Notes under the pieces: generated by a model
The model's input: only the letters and a program-made list of their open reading frames with translations
What the model was told of the DNA's origin: nothing
Databases searched by the model: none
Made by a program: the position numbers and the translations under genes
Assembly: GCA_047946875.1 (NCBI GenBank)
Contig: CP181398.1
Coordinates: 207,154-271,153 of the forward strand
Direction: 5' to 3'
Origin: Candidatus Kerfeldbacteria bacterium
GTDB taxonomy: Bacteria; Patescibacteriota; Patescibacteriia; UBA10025; JAHIVO01
DNA length: 64,000 nt
In this document: piece after piece, positions 20,601 to 29,857 of the stretch
Layout: each line of letters starts with the position of its first letter
How positions within the stretch are numbered: position 1 is the stretch's first letter

Positions 20601-23600
20601 CTTCCATCTTTTACTTCAAAATACCACCCTGGCATATAAGGTTCATTGGAATCTTTGTCTCCGTCACCATTAAGGTCATTATATTTTTTAATGCGAAGAT
20701 CACCGGTATCAAGTGCATTACAAAGTGTTATTTCAGTAGTGTTGTTTTTACTTACATTAATGTTTATTGGTAGAGTAATTCCTTCAAGATTAGTACAGTT
20801 GAAATTAGCACCTGGAGTGTTTGAGTACCATCCAACAAAGTGATAGTTAGCTACATCACCGTCATTTTCTGTTACATCATATGTGCCTGTAACAACTGTT
20901 TCATTACTGCCCATATCTCGGGCTGGTGTTTCAGAATCAATACCCCAGACAAATCCTAGAGCATTGGCTTCTGTATTTCCACCATCAAAGGTGCCATCAC
21001 CGTTAGTGTCTACTTCTTTATTTACTTTAATATCACCAGTGTCTCTTGTATTACAAAGTGTTATTTCAGTAGTGTCATTTTTAGAAACATTTATATTGGC
21101 TGGTAGTGAATGATAAGTAGTTGTTTCGCAAGTAAAATCTGATCCATTAACATACCATCCAACAAAGTGATAGTTAGCTACATCACCGTCATTTTCTGTT
21201 ACATCATATGTGCCTGTAACAACTGTTTTATTGCTGCCCATTGCACGAGCTGGAGTTTCAGCATTGATTCCCCAAACAAAGCCGAGGTTATTTGCTTCTG
21301 TGTTACCGCTTTCAAATGTACCATCGCCATTGGTATCAATTTCTTTGTTTACTTTAATATCGCCAGTGTCTCTGGTGTTTGTAAATGTGCAATCTACACC
21401 AGATTTGGTTAATTGAATTGTTTTTGTTTCAACAGCTCCGTAGCTGACGCCGTCACATGTTAAATCGGTAACATGATAGTTTGTCATCATATCTTCTGAA
21501 ATTGTATATGAACCTGTTGTTAGAGTTCTTCCTTGGCCTGTTGATATATTCTGTTCACCATTTGCAATATCCCATCTCCATGTATCTACATTATATTCAT
21601 CTACTATTCCGTTACCATCAGTGTCTAAGTTTTTATGGACAATAATTTCACCAGTATCACGATTGTTTCCAAACCATACACTTTTTAAACCTCCATTAGT
21701 AATTGTAACTGTTTTGGTCAATGTTCCATTTCCCGGTTCTGTGTTTGTCCAACCTGTTTGTTGGGTTTCAACTACATCGTATGAACCAGTTGGAAGATTT
21801 CTTATGATAAGGTATGGAGAATCTTGTGGGTCTTGACCGGTTGTTCCTGATGCGACTACTGTGCTTCCATCTTTTACTTCAAAATACCAGCCAGTCATGT
21901 AGTAATCATTACCATTTATGATTCCGTCACCATTAAGATCGTTATATTTTTTGATGCGAAGATCACCAACATTTCTTGTATTAGTGAAAGTACACACAAC
22001 TCCTTGATTAGTAAGGTTTACTTGTACTGACTCATTTGCACCGTAGCTTACACCATTACAAGTAACATCAGTTACATGGTAACCGGTTTTCATATCTTCT
22101 GAAAGAGTATATGTATCAGTTGCAAGTGTTCGTGTTGAACCAGTTGCAATATTCTGTTCGCCGTTTTGGATATCCCAATTCCAGTTAGTTGCACCAAATA
22201 CATCTACTTGTCCATCGCCGTTTGTATCAACATTTTTATAAACTGTTAAATCTCCAGTATCACGAACGTTAGTAAATGTACAGATAGTCGTTCTTCCGTT
22301 AAAAACTTCTGCATTATTGATAGTAGAGCCAGTTCCGTTCCACACTTGAGGAACATCACCGATCAATACACATTCCCAACCACTTACTGTGTATCCTTGA
22401 GGGGAAGTTTCTGTAACTGTGTAAATGTCTGTAGGTATTGTACCTACGTTATATTCTCCGTTTGTTCCTGTCCATCCGTTATCATTGAATTCAGAACCAT
22501 CAACCGTTACATAAACATCTAGCGGAGCGCCTGCCTGATCAACTTTACGAATAATTAAGTCACCAGTATTACGTGTATTTGTAATTGTACATTCTGCAGT
22601 ATTACCTGTAGTTACTGTTACTGAATTGCAAGTTGAATTAGTCAATGAATATCCAGGTATAATTTCTTCTTCAACGGTATAATCGTTAGGTGTTAAATCA
22701 TTAAACATTACATAGTTTGAAGTTGTAGCAGGATAAATGTATGGATTACCTGATCCAACAATTCTAAATCCAAAGTCTTCTGGTAAGGCTGTGCCACCAT
22801 TTACAACTTTGATTACTTTTAAATTACCGTTACAATCCATTTCAACATGGGTATTAACAATATTGCTGTAAATGTCTCCAGTTTCATTACTCCAGATCCA
22901 AGCTTGGTTTGGAATATCAAAATCATCACAGTCTAGCGGCTCAGTTATTACAGCTTGAAATATTACAGCGCCGGATTCTCCAGGGCTTACTACGTGAGCA
23001 TTTGCTACAGGATTTGAGCCATTGAAGTTTCCTTCAAAAGTAATTCCTTGGCCATCAACATCACCGGATATTAATTCTGTATGAATACCGTTGTATGTTA
23101 AACGAGGGTCAAGATTATCAAACAATTGAACTCCACCGCCTGTACAAATTGCTTCGCCGGTATTTATATATTCCAATGTATATTCCAATGTATCACCAAC
23201 TGATGCAGTTGTTTTATCAACAGTTTTTGTAATAACTAAATTACATACACCAGGAACATTTCCGAAATTCACATCTGTTTCATTTTGACCAGCCAAGAGA
23301 GTTACATTGTGCACATTATTAGTTGGATATGTTTGAATCCAATTAGTTTGTTGTGTTTCTGAAACAGTGTAGTTGCCTGGATTTAAATTTACAAAAGAAT
23401 ATAAACCATTTGAATCTGTAGTTGTAGAAGCAGTAGCATCACCACCAAGATTTATTGTCCAGTTAGCTAGTCCTGGCTCAGTTGCCTGCTGCCAAATACC
23501 ATCATTATTAGAATCTTTCCATTTATATCCAGAAATATTTCCTTCTTGTCGGTCATTAGTATAAGTACAAGTAACATTTTCACCTTCTTCAAGGTTAATT

Positions 23601-24655
23601 GATACGGTTGGGATAGTAACTGTTTGATTGCCGCCATTAGAAGTAGTGACAGTACAAGCAATGTTATTTAATGCCCATCCTGCAATTACTGATTCTGTTA
23701 TTGAATAAGTTGTAAAATCAATAATATCATTATAAGTTTTGGTATTAGTTGAAGTTCCATCATCAATCAGTGAAAAAATTGCTGGGGTTAAACCACCAGT
23801 TGTAGTGTAATCGAAACTTTGTGGACCTTCAGGAATAGCATCTTTAATTATTGTAATGGAAGCTGGGTAAATTACCGCTTCGGCTGATAATGATAGATCT
23901 TGACTGCCACCAGATCCGTTAAGTTCGACCAAACTTGAGTGGTAAGGGGAACCAGGAATAGCTATGGCTGAATTTTCATCGCCCCAGTCTTCTCTAGTAG
24001 AAATGTGTCCACCCCAAGCTAGCACTGGATTAGCTACATCAGCGGTAAAAGTTACAGTGATTATTGCTGTTTTATCGCCAACAAAGCCACTACCATCTGG
24101 GTATTCATAATTTCCAACGTTGGTTATGGTTCCACCAAATAAGGTAAATACACCTGGGATTTGTGTTATGCCAGAATTTTGAGGATCATTAGGAATTGGA
24201 TATGTAGTTGGTGTTAATCCAGGAATACCAATATCAGGATCAGCAGTTAAGACAGTTTCATTATAAGTTGTTAGGTAATCTATGGCATGTTTGTCAGCTT
24301 TTGTGGTATCCCATTTAATGGTTATTGTATTATTAGTGGAATCGATTGTTAAACCGCCCATTTCCATTTTATACGGGATAGTATCACCTTCATAATATAC
24401 TGATTTACTAGCTCCAAGGTTTCCTGTTACCCATTCTTTAGCATCTGTAGCGCATCCATCTGTACTTGGGGATGGTGCTGGATCATTAGCACATTGACTT
24501 ATTTTTGCTGATTCAGCAGCTTGAGCCTCATTTGGTGCGATAAATACCCCAATCATGGATGTATTTAAGATAAGTGCTAGAGTTGCAATAATATTAAGAG
24601 TTTTATATAGAACTCTCTTCGTTTTTTGCGGATGTGGTAATAAATTGATTTTCAT
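17645..24655 (-). CDS. 2336-aa adhesin: SdrD-B/SpaA-like repeats, DUF11 repeats, LPTTG anchor
   Basis: Repeated I.G.K..D.NG.G..D.GE..L.GWTI.L...T.TD.NG.Y.F..L..G.Y.V.E..FGN units; C-terminal VLGEELPTTGG and TM helix. Confidence 0.92.
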   Translation of the reverse strand: MKINLLPHPQKTKRVLYKTLNIIATLALILNTSMIGVFIAPNEAQAAESAKISQCANDPAPSPSTDGCATDAKEWVTGNLGASKSVYYEGDTIPYKMEMGGLTIDSTNNTITIKWDTTKADKHAIDYLTTYNETVLTADPDIGIPGLTPTTYPIPNDPQNSGITQIPGVFTLFGGTITNVGNYEYPDGSGFVGDKTAIITVTFTADVANPVLAWGGHISTREDWGDENSAIAIPGSPYHSSLVELNGSGGSQDLSLSAEAVIYPASITIIKDAIPEGPQSFDYTTTGGLTPAIFSLIDDGTSTNTKTYNDIIDFTTYSITESVIAGWALNNIACTVTTSNGGNQTVTIPTVSINLEEGENVTCTYTNDRQEGNISGYKWKDSNNDGIWQQATEPGLANWTINLGGDATASTTTDSNGLYSFVNLNPGNYTVSETQQTNWIQTYPTNNVHNVTLLAGQNETDVNFGNVPGVCNLVITKTVDKTTASVGDTLEYTLEYINTGEAICTGGGVQLFDNLDPRLTYNGIHTELISGDVDGQGITFEGNFNGSNPVANAHVVSPGESGAVIFQAVITEPLDCDDFDIPNQAWIWSNETGDIYSNIVNTHVEMDCNGNLKVIKVVNGGTALPEDFGFRIVGSGNPYIYPATTSNYVMFNDLTPNDYTVEEEIIPGYSLTNSTCNSVTVTTGNTAECTITNTRNTGDLIIRKVDQAGAPLDVYVTVDGSEFNDNGWTGTNGEYNVGTIPTDIYTVTETSPQGYTVSGWECVLIGDVPQVWNGTGSTINNAEVFNGRTTICTFTNVRDTGDLTVYKNVDTNGDGQVDVFGATNWNWDIQNGEQNIATGSTRTLATDTYTLSEDMKTGYHVTDVTCNGVSYGANESVQVNLTNQGVVCTFTNTRNVGDLRIKKYNDLNGDGIINGNDYYMTGWYFEVKDGSTVVASGTTGQDPQDSPYLIIRNLPTGSYDVVETQQTGWTNTEPGNGTLTKTVTITNGGLKSVWFGNNRDTGEIIVHKNLDTDGNGIVDEYNVDTWRWDIANGEQNISTGQGRTLTTGSYTISEDMMTNYHVTDLTCDGVSYGAVETKTIQLTKSGVDCTFTNTRDTGDIKVNKEIDTNGDGTFESGNTEANNLGFVWGINAETPARAMGSNKTVVTGTYDVTENDGDVANYHFVGWYVNGSDFTCETTTYHSLPANINVSKNDTTEITLCNTRDTGDIKVNKEVDTNGDGTFDGGNTEANALGFVWGIDSETPARDMGSNETVVTGTYDVTENDGDVANYHFVGWYSNTPGANFNCTNLEGITLPININVSKNNTTEITLCNALDTGDLRIKKYNDLNGDGDKDSNEPYMPGWYFEVKDGSTVVASGTTGQDPQDSPYLIIRNLPTGSYDVVETQQTGWTNTEPGNGTLTKTVTITNGDLESVWFGNFKLGEITGQKWNDLNGDGIWNTGEPTLLGWTIQLLADDMSTVLDTDITDSNGRYEFTGLEKGTYYLNEVQQGGWTQTFPGQGQILGPIDVTSGTDVSGYNFGNFDNIYIAGQKFEDINGNGTKDSGETGLVGWTIELRDAQNNVLDITVTNGVGRYSFDDLAPGTYRVREVQQTGWTQTTTNPADIIAVSGQDVDDIDFGNFKDTKISGHKFNDLNGDGVWDAGEPAIAGWTIYISGNWATSTQTLTDGSYEFTGLTAGDWTVTEDESNTAWIRTTSNPAPITITSGSDITDVDFGNYKKGKISGYKFEDVNGNKTWDTGELALAGWTINLDNGSSDVTDANGYYSFTGLQAGDYNVTETLKTGWTQMTTDPATITVVSGTNSQDNNFGNFQLGIITGYKFEDINNNRQWDGQETGLQGWEINLHEDNTGQPGTIIAQTLTNEFGMFEFTGIVAGTYWLSETMQTGWYQYAPVGGVFGPIVIMSGYDNNSQEEYFEFGNAEKITLTLDKYNDQEVAQGGDGILETTETVAYHIDWSVAGNSIATNVVLTDIIPAELNLDVASITSSIPTVTPPKWDDTTRTITWDFGTQQPNASGFVTYTATLNVPVANGTEIINIAKIAADNSDPQYLEDESKVTVKSAPVLTIVKTVEPTTYVNRGDLVTYTVVVTNVGTDTSINTILSDLLPDGFVYEDTGLATREWSLGDMIVGDSITTTYNVLIGSEVDAGFYDNLAITWSDNHPSIDDIATVEVRIPTVKSEEADPVLVIEKTVDKQFINPGDSVVYTVVITNIGDAQAEAVAINVKLQDLLPAGFTFIDGTVTKTFNLGDILHGESKIITYTAISNGTILPGDYENLAVAWADNHGNVTDFANVEVRAPIVLGEELPTTGGSAMQFLYIFAAALILLFSAYTLKLTVSKKE

Positions 24656-24715
24656 ATGTTTTATTTATTCTTTATATAATTAATATATATATAATAAGTT
24701 GTTAATAAGGTAAGT

Positions 24716-24764
24716 GAGGTCCTTCAGCCATATTGGCTTCAGGATGACGCTTTGCGTCATTTTT
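24716..24764 (-). repeat. GTC-tagged palindromic repeat (sister of 7512-7565)
   Basis: Reverse complement AAAATGACGCAAAGCGTCATCCTGAAGCC...GGCTGAAGGACCTCA. Confidence 0.7.
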
Positions 24765-24943
24765 CTAGGTCTTTTTGTTTTTTGGTAACTAAAAAACCAA
24801 CACCAAGTTATAAAGTTTTCAAAAATTGTAAAAAATGCATAAAATAATAGCATTTTTAACTAATTTTTTTGCGTTTTTAAACTAAATTTGTTTTTTGTTA
24901 GGTTTATAACCTAATGTTGGTCTTATAAGTCCTCCTATACTTA

Positions 24944-25028
24944 TGTCCAAAGAGCATATCCCCCCGTTTGTTGTGATTAATGAGCAATTTTAATATTTGA
25001 TGATATAACACTTTTGTTTTTTTGTCAA
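24944..25028 (-). promoter_or_regulatory. Sigma70-type promoter of the adhesin followed by boxA-like motifs
   Basis: TTGACA-17-TATCAT (25028-25000); TGCTCATTAATCA and TGCTCTTTGGACA downstream. Confidence 0.55.
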
Positions 25029-25304
25029 GTCCTTTTGTATTTATTTCGGTCTCTATATCTTACCCCTATCTAAGTATATGTCAATGAATTTTTTATCATT
25101 TTTTGATCTTAAAATTAGGACAAAAATGAGGGTTGTGGATAAACTAAAACGAGCAATATTTTTTGTTTCTTGATTATATGTGAATAATCCACAAATGCTA
25201 AAACGCGCAAGTTTTTTGAAAATAAATAAGACCTAAAAACAGTCTGTCTTCCGACTGATAAGATAGGGATATTTTTGACAATTCAGCCAAATATGTTGTA
25301 ATAG

Positions 25305-26069
25305 CTACTTTTTGCTATTTTCAGGTCTTAGTAATAATAAGGAGAGACTTAGGGGTAAAAATGAAATTATTGCCAATATTAAGAAATATTGACTAATGTT
25401 TAAGTTATTACTTTCTGGAGTTAAATTATGTCTATAAGTAGTTCCTAAAACTTGTTTATTCTCTGATTCCTCATTTTTTGTTATAATAGTTAGTACAGTT
25501 TGTTCATTTTTTATTGAATCTTCATCAATATTAGGTGTAATATCATTATTGATGTTATTTGCTCTAACGGCAGGTAAAATTGTGGTTGGGGATAGTTGTT
25601 GTAGGCCGAACAATTGCACTACTATAGTATGTGAATTATTGGATATTATGGCAATTCCTGTTTCATTAAATTTGTTATTTAATATGTTATCTCGGTGAGC
25701 ATTGCTATTCATCCAAGCATTTATTGCTTCTTCAGTCTGTACCCAGTCTAAAGCTAGATTTTCACCGATTATTTGATAATTATAGTTTTCTCTTATTGCA
25801 TAATCCCATGGCATAAGACCATTTGGATCTTTATGATCAAAATAATCATTATTGATCATGTCATTCGCTCGAATTTCTGCAATATGAGTTAAAACGTTAT
25901 TTAATACTAATTCTGGAATTTGTTGATTTTGCCGTTCAATATTTATCTCTTTAAAGACACTTTCAACAGAAATCTCAGATGCTAATGCGTGATTAGGTAA
26001 TAAAAAAAATAGGCAAAAAATAAAGCCTACTCCAATTACAAATTGTATATTGTTATTAAATCGTTTCAT
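25305..26069 (-). CDS. CAP/SCP-domain membrane-anchored protein
   Basis: YFDH, IGENLA, WMNSNAHRDNIL; signal peptide and C-terminal TM. Confidence 0.9.
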   Translation of the reverse strand: MKRFNNNIQFVIGVGFIFCLFFLLPNHALASEISVESVFKEINIERQNQQIPELVLNNVLTHIAEIRANDMINNDYFDHKDPNGLMPWDYAIRENYNYQIIGENLALDWVQTEEAINAWMNSNAHRDNILNNKFNETGIAIISNNSHTIVVQLFGLQQLSPTTILPAVRANNINNDITPNIDEDSIKNEQTVLTIITKNEESENKQVLGTTYRHNLTPESNNLNISQYFLILAIISFLPLSLSLLLLRPENSKK

Positions 26070-26131
26070 TTTTAGCTTTTTATTTTTATTTTTCTAATTT
26101 CATTATATCACATTTTAATCAAAAAATCAAT

Positions 26132-26764
26132 ATGGAGGACCTAATTAACAAATTAATAGAAGAGGAATATTTAAAAACGCCTCGTATCATAAAAGCCTTT
26201 AAAAAAATTCAAAGGGCAGATTTTTTAACAGAAGATCAGAAAGAATATGCTGGTCATGATCGACCAATTAGCACAAGTCATGGTCAAACAAATTCACAAC
26301 CATTAACTGTGGCTTTTATGTTAGAATTACTTCAACCAAGGGAGGGTGATATAGTTTTGGATATTGGATCTGGTTCTGGTTGGCAAACAGCTCTGCTGGC
26401 AGAGATAGTTGGTGAGGATGGTAGAGTTTTTGGCATTGAAAGAATTCCTGATTTAAAAACTCATGGAGAAGAAAATATTTTAAAATATAATTTTAAGAAT
26501 GTAGAATTTATCTGCGCAGATGGAACGAAGGGATATAAAAATGAAGCCCCTTATGATAAAATAATAGTAGCTGCAGCATCTGGAATTGGTATACCTGATA
26601 TTTTTTTACAACAGTTGAGAGTAGATGGTCGCTTAGTGATTCCTGTTGGTAAATATGAACAAGATATGGTTTTAGTAAAAAAAGTTGGTAAAGATGATTA
26701 TCAAGAGGAACGATACCATGGTTTTCAATTTGTTCCGTTAATAACTAAGGGGTGGGGAGAGTAA
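26132..26764 (+). CDS. pcm: Protein-L-isoaspartate O-methyltransferase
   Basis: GQTNSQP, VLDIGSGSGW, APYDKIIVAAA, FVPL. Confidence 0.93.
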   Translation: MEDLINKLIEEEYLKTPRIIKAFKKIQRADFLTEDQKEYAGHDRPISTSHGQTNSQPLTVAFMLELLQPREGDIVLDIGSGSGWQTALLAEIVGEDGRVFGIERIPDLKTHGEENILKYNFKNVEFICADGTKGYKNEAPYDKIIVAAASGIGIPDIFLQQLRVDGRLVIPVGKYEQDMVLVKKVGKDDYQEERYHGFQFVPLITKGWGE

Positions 26765-26770
26765 GTAGAT

Positions 26771-26845
26771 TGTCATCGCGAGAAGTGTAGCGACGAAGCG
26801 ATCTAAGATTGCCACGTCACTCATTTCATTCGTTCCTCGCAATGA
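26771..26845. repeat. GTC-tagged palindromic repeat pair
   Basis: TGTCATCGCGAG...CGAAGCGATCT and AGATTGCCACG...CTCGCAATGA. Confidence 0.75.
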
Positions 26846-26878
26846 GTAAAAATATTTAATAATATTAAGATATAATTT

Positions 26879-27955
26879 ATGAAGATTGTAATATTAGCTG
26901 GTGGTGGGGGAACTAGATTATGGCCAGTCTCTAGAAAGAGTAAGCCAAAACAAATACAACCTTTTATTGGTAGTAAAACTTTATTACAAAAAACTTATGA
27001 CCGTGTAAAAAGTGGTTATAAGACTAAAGATATTTTAGTTTCTACAAATTATAAACAATATCCATTAATCAGTAAACAATTAACAAAAATTCCGCGAGAG
27101 AATTATATTCTTGAAACGGAAAAAAAAGATACCGCTGCCGCAATTGGGTTAGCGGCGATTTATATTGCAAAAGATAATCCTAAAGAAGTTATGATGTTGA
27201 CTGCGTCAGATCATTATATAAAAAATGAAAAAGAATTCATTAGAATTACTAAACTAGCTGAGAAAATAATCAAAGAAGACTATAAACAATCGGTAGTGAT
27301 TGGTTTAAGACCAACATATCCAGAGACTGGTTATGGTTATATAAAAATGAATAAGTTATATAAGCAGTATGGTAATGATGAAGTGTTTCATGTACAAAAG
27401 TTCGTAGAAAAACCAGATTTATTTACTGCTCAGAAGTATCTAAAAAGTTGGGATTATCTTTGGAATGCTTCTATGTTTGGTTGGAGAGCTGATTATATAT
27501 TAAGTTTGTTTAAGAAATTTTTGCCAGAGCATTACAAAATATTGATGAGAATCCAGCCAGCTCTAGGGACTAAAAATGAAAAAAAGGTTGTAGAAAAGGA
27601 ATACAAAAAAATGAAGTCCATATCTATTGATTATGGTATAATGGAACGAACTAAAAAGATTGTAGTGATACCTGCAAGTTTTGATTGGGCTGATGTAGGC
27701 CATTGGCGAGCAGTGCAGGAGATATTATCAAAACAACCAACAGATAATGTAGTTAGAGGTAAGCATGTAGATTTTGGGTCAGAAGGTAGTCTTATTTACA
27801 GTTATACTGGTAAATTAGTTGCTACAGCTGGCTTAAAAGATATGGTTGTTATTGATACGGAAGATTGTATATTGGTTTGTTCAAAAGATAAAGCTCAGGA
27901 TGTTAAAAAGATTGTAGATCAATTGAACAAGAAAAACATGAAGAAATATTTGTAA
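26879..27955 (+). CDS. manC: Mannose-1-phosphate guanylyltransferase
   Basis: ILAGGGGTRLWPVSR..PKQ, ETGYGYI, FVEKP, SIDYGIME, W.DVG.W. Confidence 0.92.
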   Translation: MKIVILAGGGGTRLWPVSRKSKPKQIQPFIGSKTLLQKTYDRVKSGYKTKDILVSTNYKQYPLISKQLTKIPRENYILETEKKDTAAAIGLAAIYIAKDNPKEVMMLTASDHYIKNEKEFIRITKLAEKIIKEDYKQSVVIGLRPTYPETGYGYIKMNKLYKQYGNDEVFHVQKFVEKPDLFTAQKYLKSWDYLWNASMFGWRADYILSLFKKFLPEHYKILMRIQPALGTKNEKKVVEKEYKKMKSISIDYGIMERTKKIVVIPASFDWADVGHWRAVQEILSKQPTDNVVRGKHVDFGSEGSLIYSYTGKLVATAGLKDMVVIDTEDCILVCSKDKAQDVKKIVDQLNKKNMKKYL

Positions 27956-27961
27956 AAAATT

Positions 27962-28993
27962 ATGGTAAAGAAAATATTATTATTTATATTCAGTATTGGG
28001 TTAATTGTAGCAATTAGCTTGGTAGGTTTGTATTTTACAAAAATTAATTCTTCTGTTTCTGATAGTGAAGAAATAAAAATATTTTCTGTAAAATCTGGAG
28101 AGGGCGTTAAAGTTATTTCAGCAAATCTTAAAGATGAAGAAATAATTAACAGTAGTTATATTTTTGAATGGTATGTATATCTCGGAGGATCAGAGAGTAA
28201 ATTCTTAGCTGGAGATTATGAATTAATGGCAAGTCTGAATATTAAAGAGGTTGTTGAAATTATGACATTAGGACAATCTCAGGCAGAAATAGAAATTACT
28301 ATTATAGAGGGTTGGAAGAGTGATGAGATAGATAAGTATTTAGCGTCCCAAGATATTATTGAGAGAGGGGCATTTATTGCCAAATCAAACATTATTGATA
28401 CTAGAACAATCATCGTAGATAAAGAATATAGCTTTCTTGATGGCAAACCTAGTAATCAAGGATTAGAAGGATATTTATTTCCAGATACATATCGAATTTT
28501 TAAAGATTCAACATCAGTAGATATTATAAAACGTATGTTAAATAATTTTGAAACTAAGTTTACAGATCAGATGAAACAAGACTCAGAAATTGGCAATATG
28601 ACTGTATATGAAATAATAACACTTGCTTCAATTATTGAGAAAGAAGTATCCAATGATGAAGATAGAAAAAATGTCGCTAGTGTTTTTTATAATCGTCTAA
28701 ATAATGGCATGGGGTTGCAATCTGATGCCACCGTTAATTATGTTACTAAGGAGGATAGACCACAACCGACACTAGAAGATTTAGAAGTTGATAGTCCATA
28801 TAATACTTATATGTATCGAGACTTACCACCAGGTCCGATAAGTAATCCTTCCTTGTCTTCAATTATGGCAGCAATCTATCCTGCAGATACAAATTATTTT
28901 TATTTCTTAAATAAAATTAACGATGATGGTAGCACAGTATTTAGTAATACTTATGATGAGCATCTTAATAATAAAGCTAAATATTTAAACTAA
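27962..28993 (+). CDS. mltG: Endolytic transglycosylase MltG
   Basis: EGYLFPDTY, LASIIEKE, LQSDATV, SPYNTY..LPPGPI. Confidence 0.95.
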   Translation: MVKKILLFIFSIGLIVAISLVGLYFTKINSSVSDSEEIKIFSVKSGEGVKVISANLKDEEIINSSYIFEWYVYLGGSESKFLAGDYELMASLNIKEVVEIMTLGQSQAEIEITIIEGWKSDEIDKYLASQDIIERGAFIAKSNIIDTRTIIVDKEYSFLDGKPSNQGLEGYLFPDTYRIFKDSTSVDIIKRMLNNFETKFTDQMKQDSEIGNMTVYEIITLASIIEKEVSNDEDRKNVASVFYNRLNNGMGLQSDATVNYVTKEDRPQPTLEDLEVDSPYNTYMYRDLPPGPISNPSLSSIMAAIYPADTNYFYFLNKINDDGSTVFSNTYDEHLNNKAKYLN

Positions 28994-28994
28994 C

Positions 28995-29681
28995 ATGAAA
29001 AATAAAGAAACATTTGTAATTTCTTTAGGAGGTTCACTCATCGTGCCAAATGCAATTGATATTATTTTTCTAAAGAAATTTAGAAAAATAATAATTGATA
29101 AAATAAAAAAGGGTCATCGATTTATTATAGTAACTGGAGGAGGGGATGCTGCAAGAAAATATCAAAATGCAGCAAAAAAAATTGCAAAAGTATCTACTAA
29201 AGATTTAGATTGGGTTGGTATAGCCGCTACAAAAATTAATGCTGAGCTTGTAAGAGTAATTTTTAATGACTATGCGTATAAAGAAATACTATCAAATCCT
29301 AATATCCATATTAAAACAAACAAAAAAATACTTATTGGCTCAGGTTGGGTACCTGGGTTTTCTTCAGATAAGGACGCAGTATTACTGGCTAAAACATATG
29401 GTGCAAAAACGGTTATAAATATGAGCAATATTTCATATGTATATACGGCTGATCCAAAGAAAGTAAAATCAGCAAAACCAATCAAAAGCATGTCTTGGAA
29501 GGAATTCCTTGATTTAACTGGAAGAAAATGGAATCCAGGAGCACATGTACCATTTGACCCTGAAGCTTCTAAATTTGCTCAAAAGAATAAAATGAAAGTG
29601 ATTATTACAAAAGGAACTGATATAGTGAATTTATTAAAAATTTTGGCCAATAAAAGAGCAAAAGGAACGGTTATTGAATAA
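28995..29681 (+). CDS. pyrH: UMP kinase, archaeal type
   Basis: VISLGGS, VTGGG..AR.YQ, GW.PG.SSD, YTADP, PFDP. Confidence 0.9.
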   Translation: MKNKETFVISLGGSLIVPNAIDIIFLKKFRKIIIDKIKKGHRFIIVTGGGDAARKYQNAAKKIAKVSTKDLDWVGIAATKINAELVRVIFNDYAYKEILSNPNIHIKTNKKILIGSGWVPGFSSDKDAVLLAKTYGAKTVINMSNISYVYTADPKKVKSAKPIKSMSWKEFLDLTGRKWNPGAHVPFDPEASKFAQKNKMKVIITKGTDIVNLLKILANKRAKGTVIE

Positions 29682-29729
29682 AGCTTGACACATTTATTAG
29701 TACTGCTATACTATCCATAACATAAATAA

Positions 29730-29825
29730 ATACCACAGACAGTAGGTGGCGAGATCTTGAAAAAAGTTCAGGACAAGCATAAAACCTGCCGAGGTGTAAT
29801 AATAAATTTTTATTATCTGTGGTGT
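29730..29825 (+). ncRNA. Ribosomal protein L10 leader
   Basis: CCACAGACAGTAGGTG...AAAACCTGCCGAGG directly upstream of rplJ. Confidence 0.8.
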
Positions 29826-29857
29826 CTACACAGATTTTTTTATTAAACAATAATAAT

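Noticed and set aside
20403-21968. Adhesin duplications as a DGR template/variable repeat pair
   Set aside because: Both copies are in-frame domains, differences look mostly silent rather than adenine-specific, and no reverse transcriptase is in the window
19794-23661. Many short ORFs overlapping the adhesin
   Set aside because: Shadow frames of a repetitive gene with biased codon usage
28995-29681. Archaeal-type pyrH as a novelty
   Set aside because: To my knowledge common in CPR genomes; used only as a taxonomic hint
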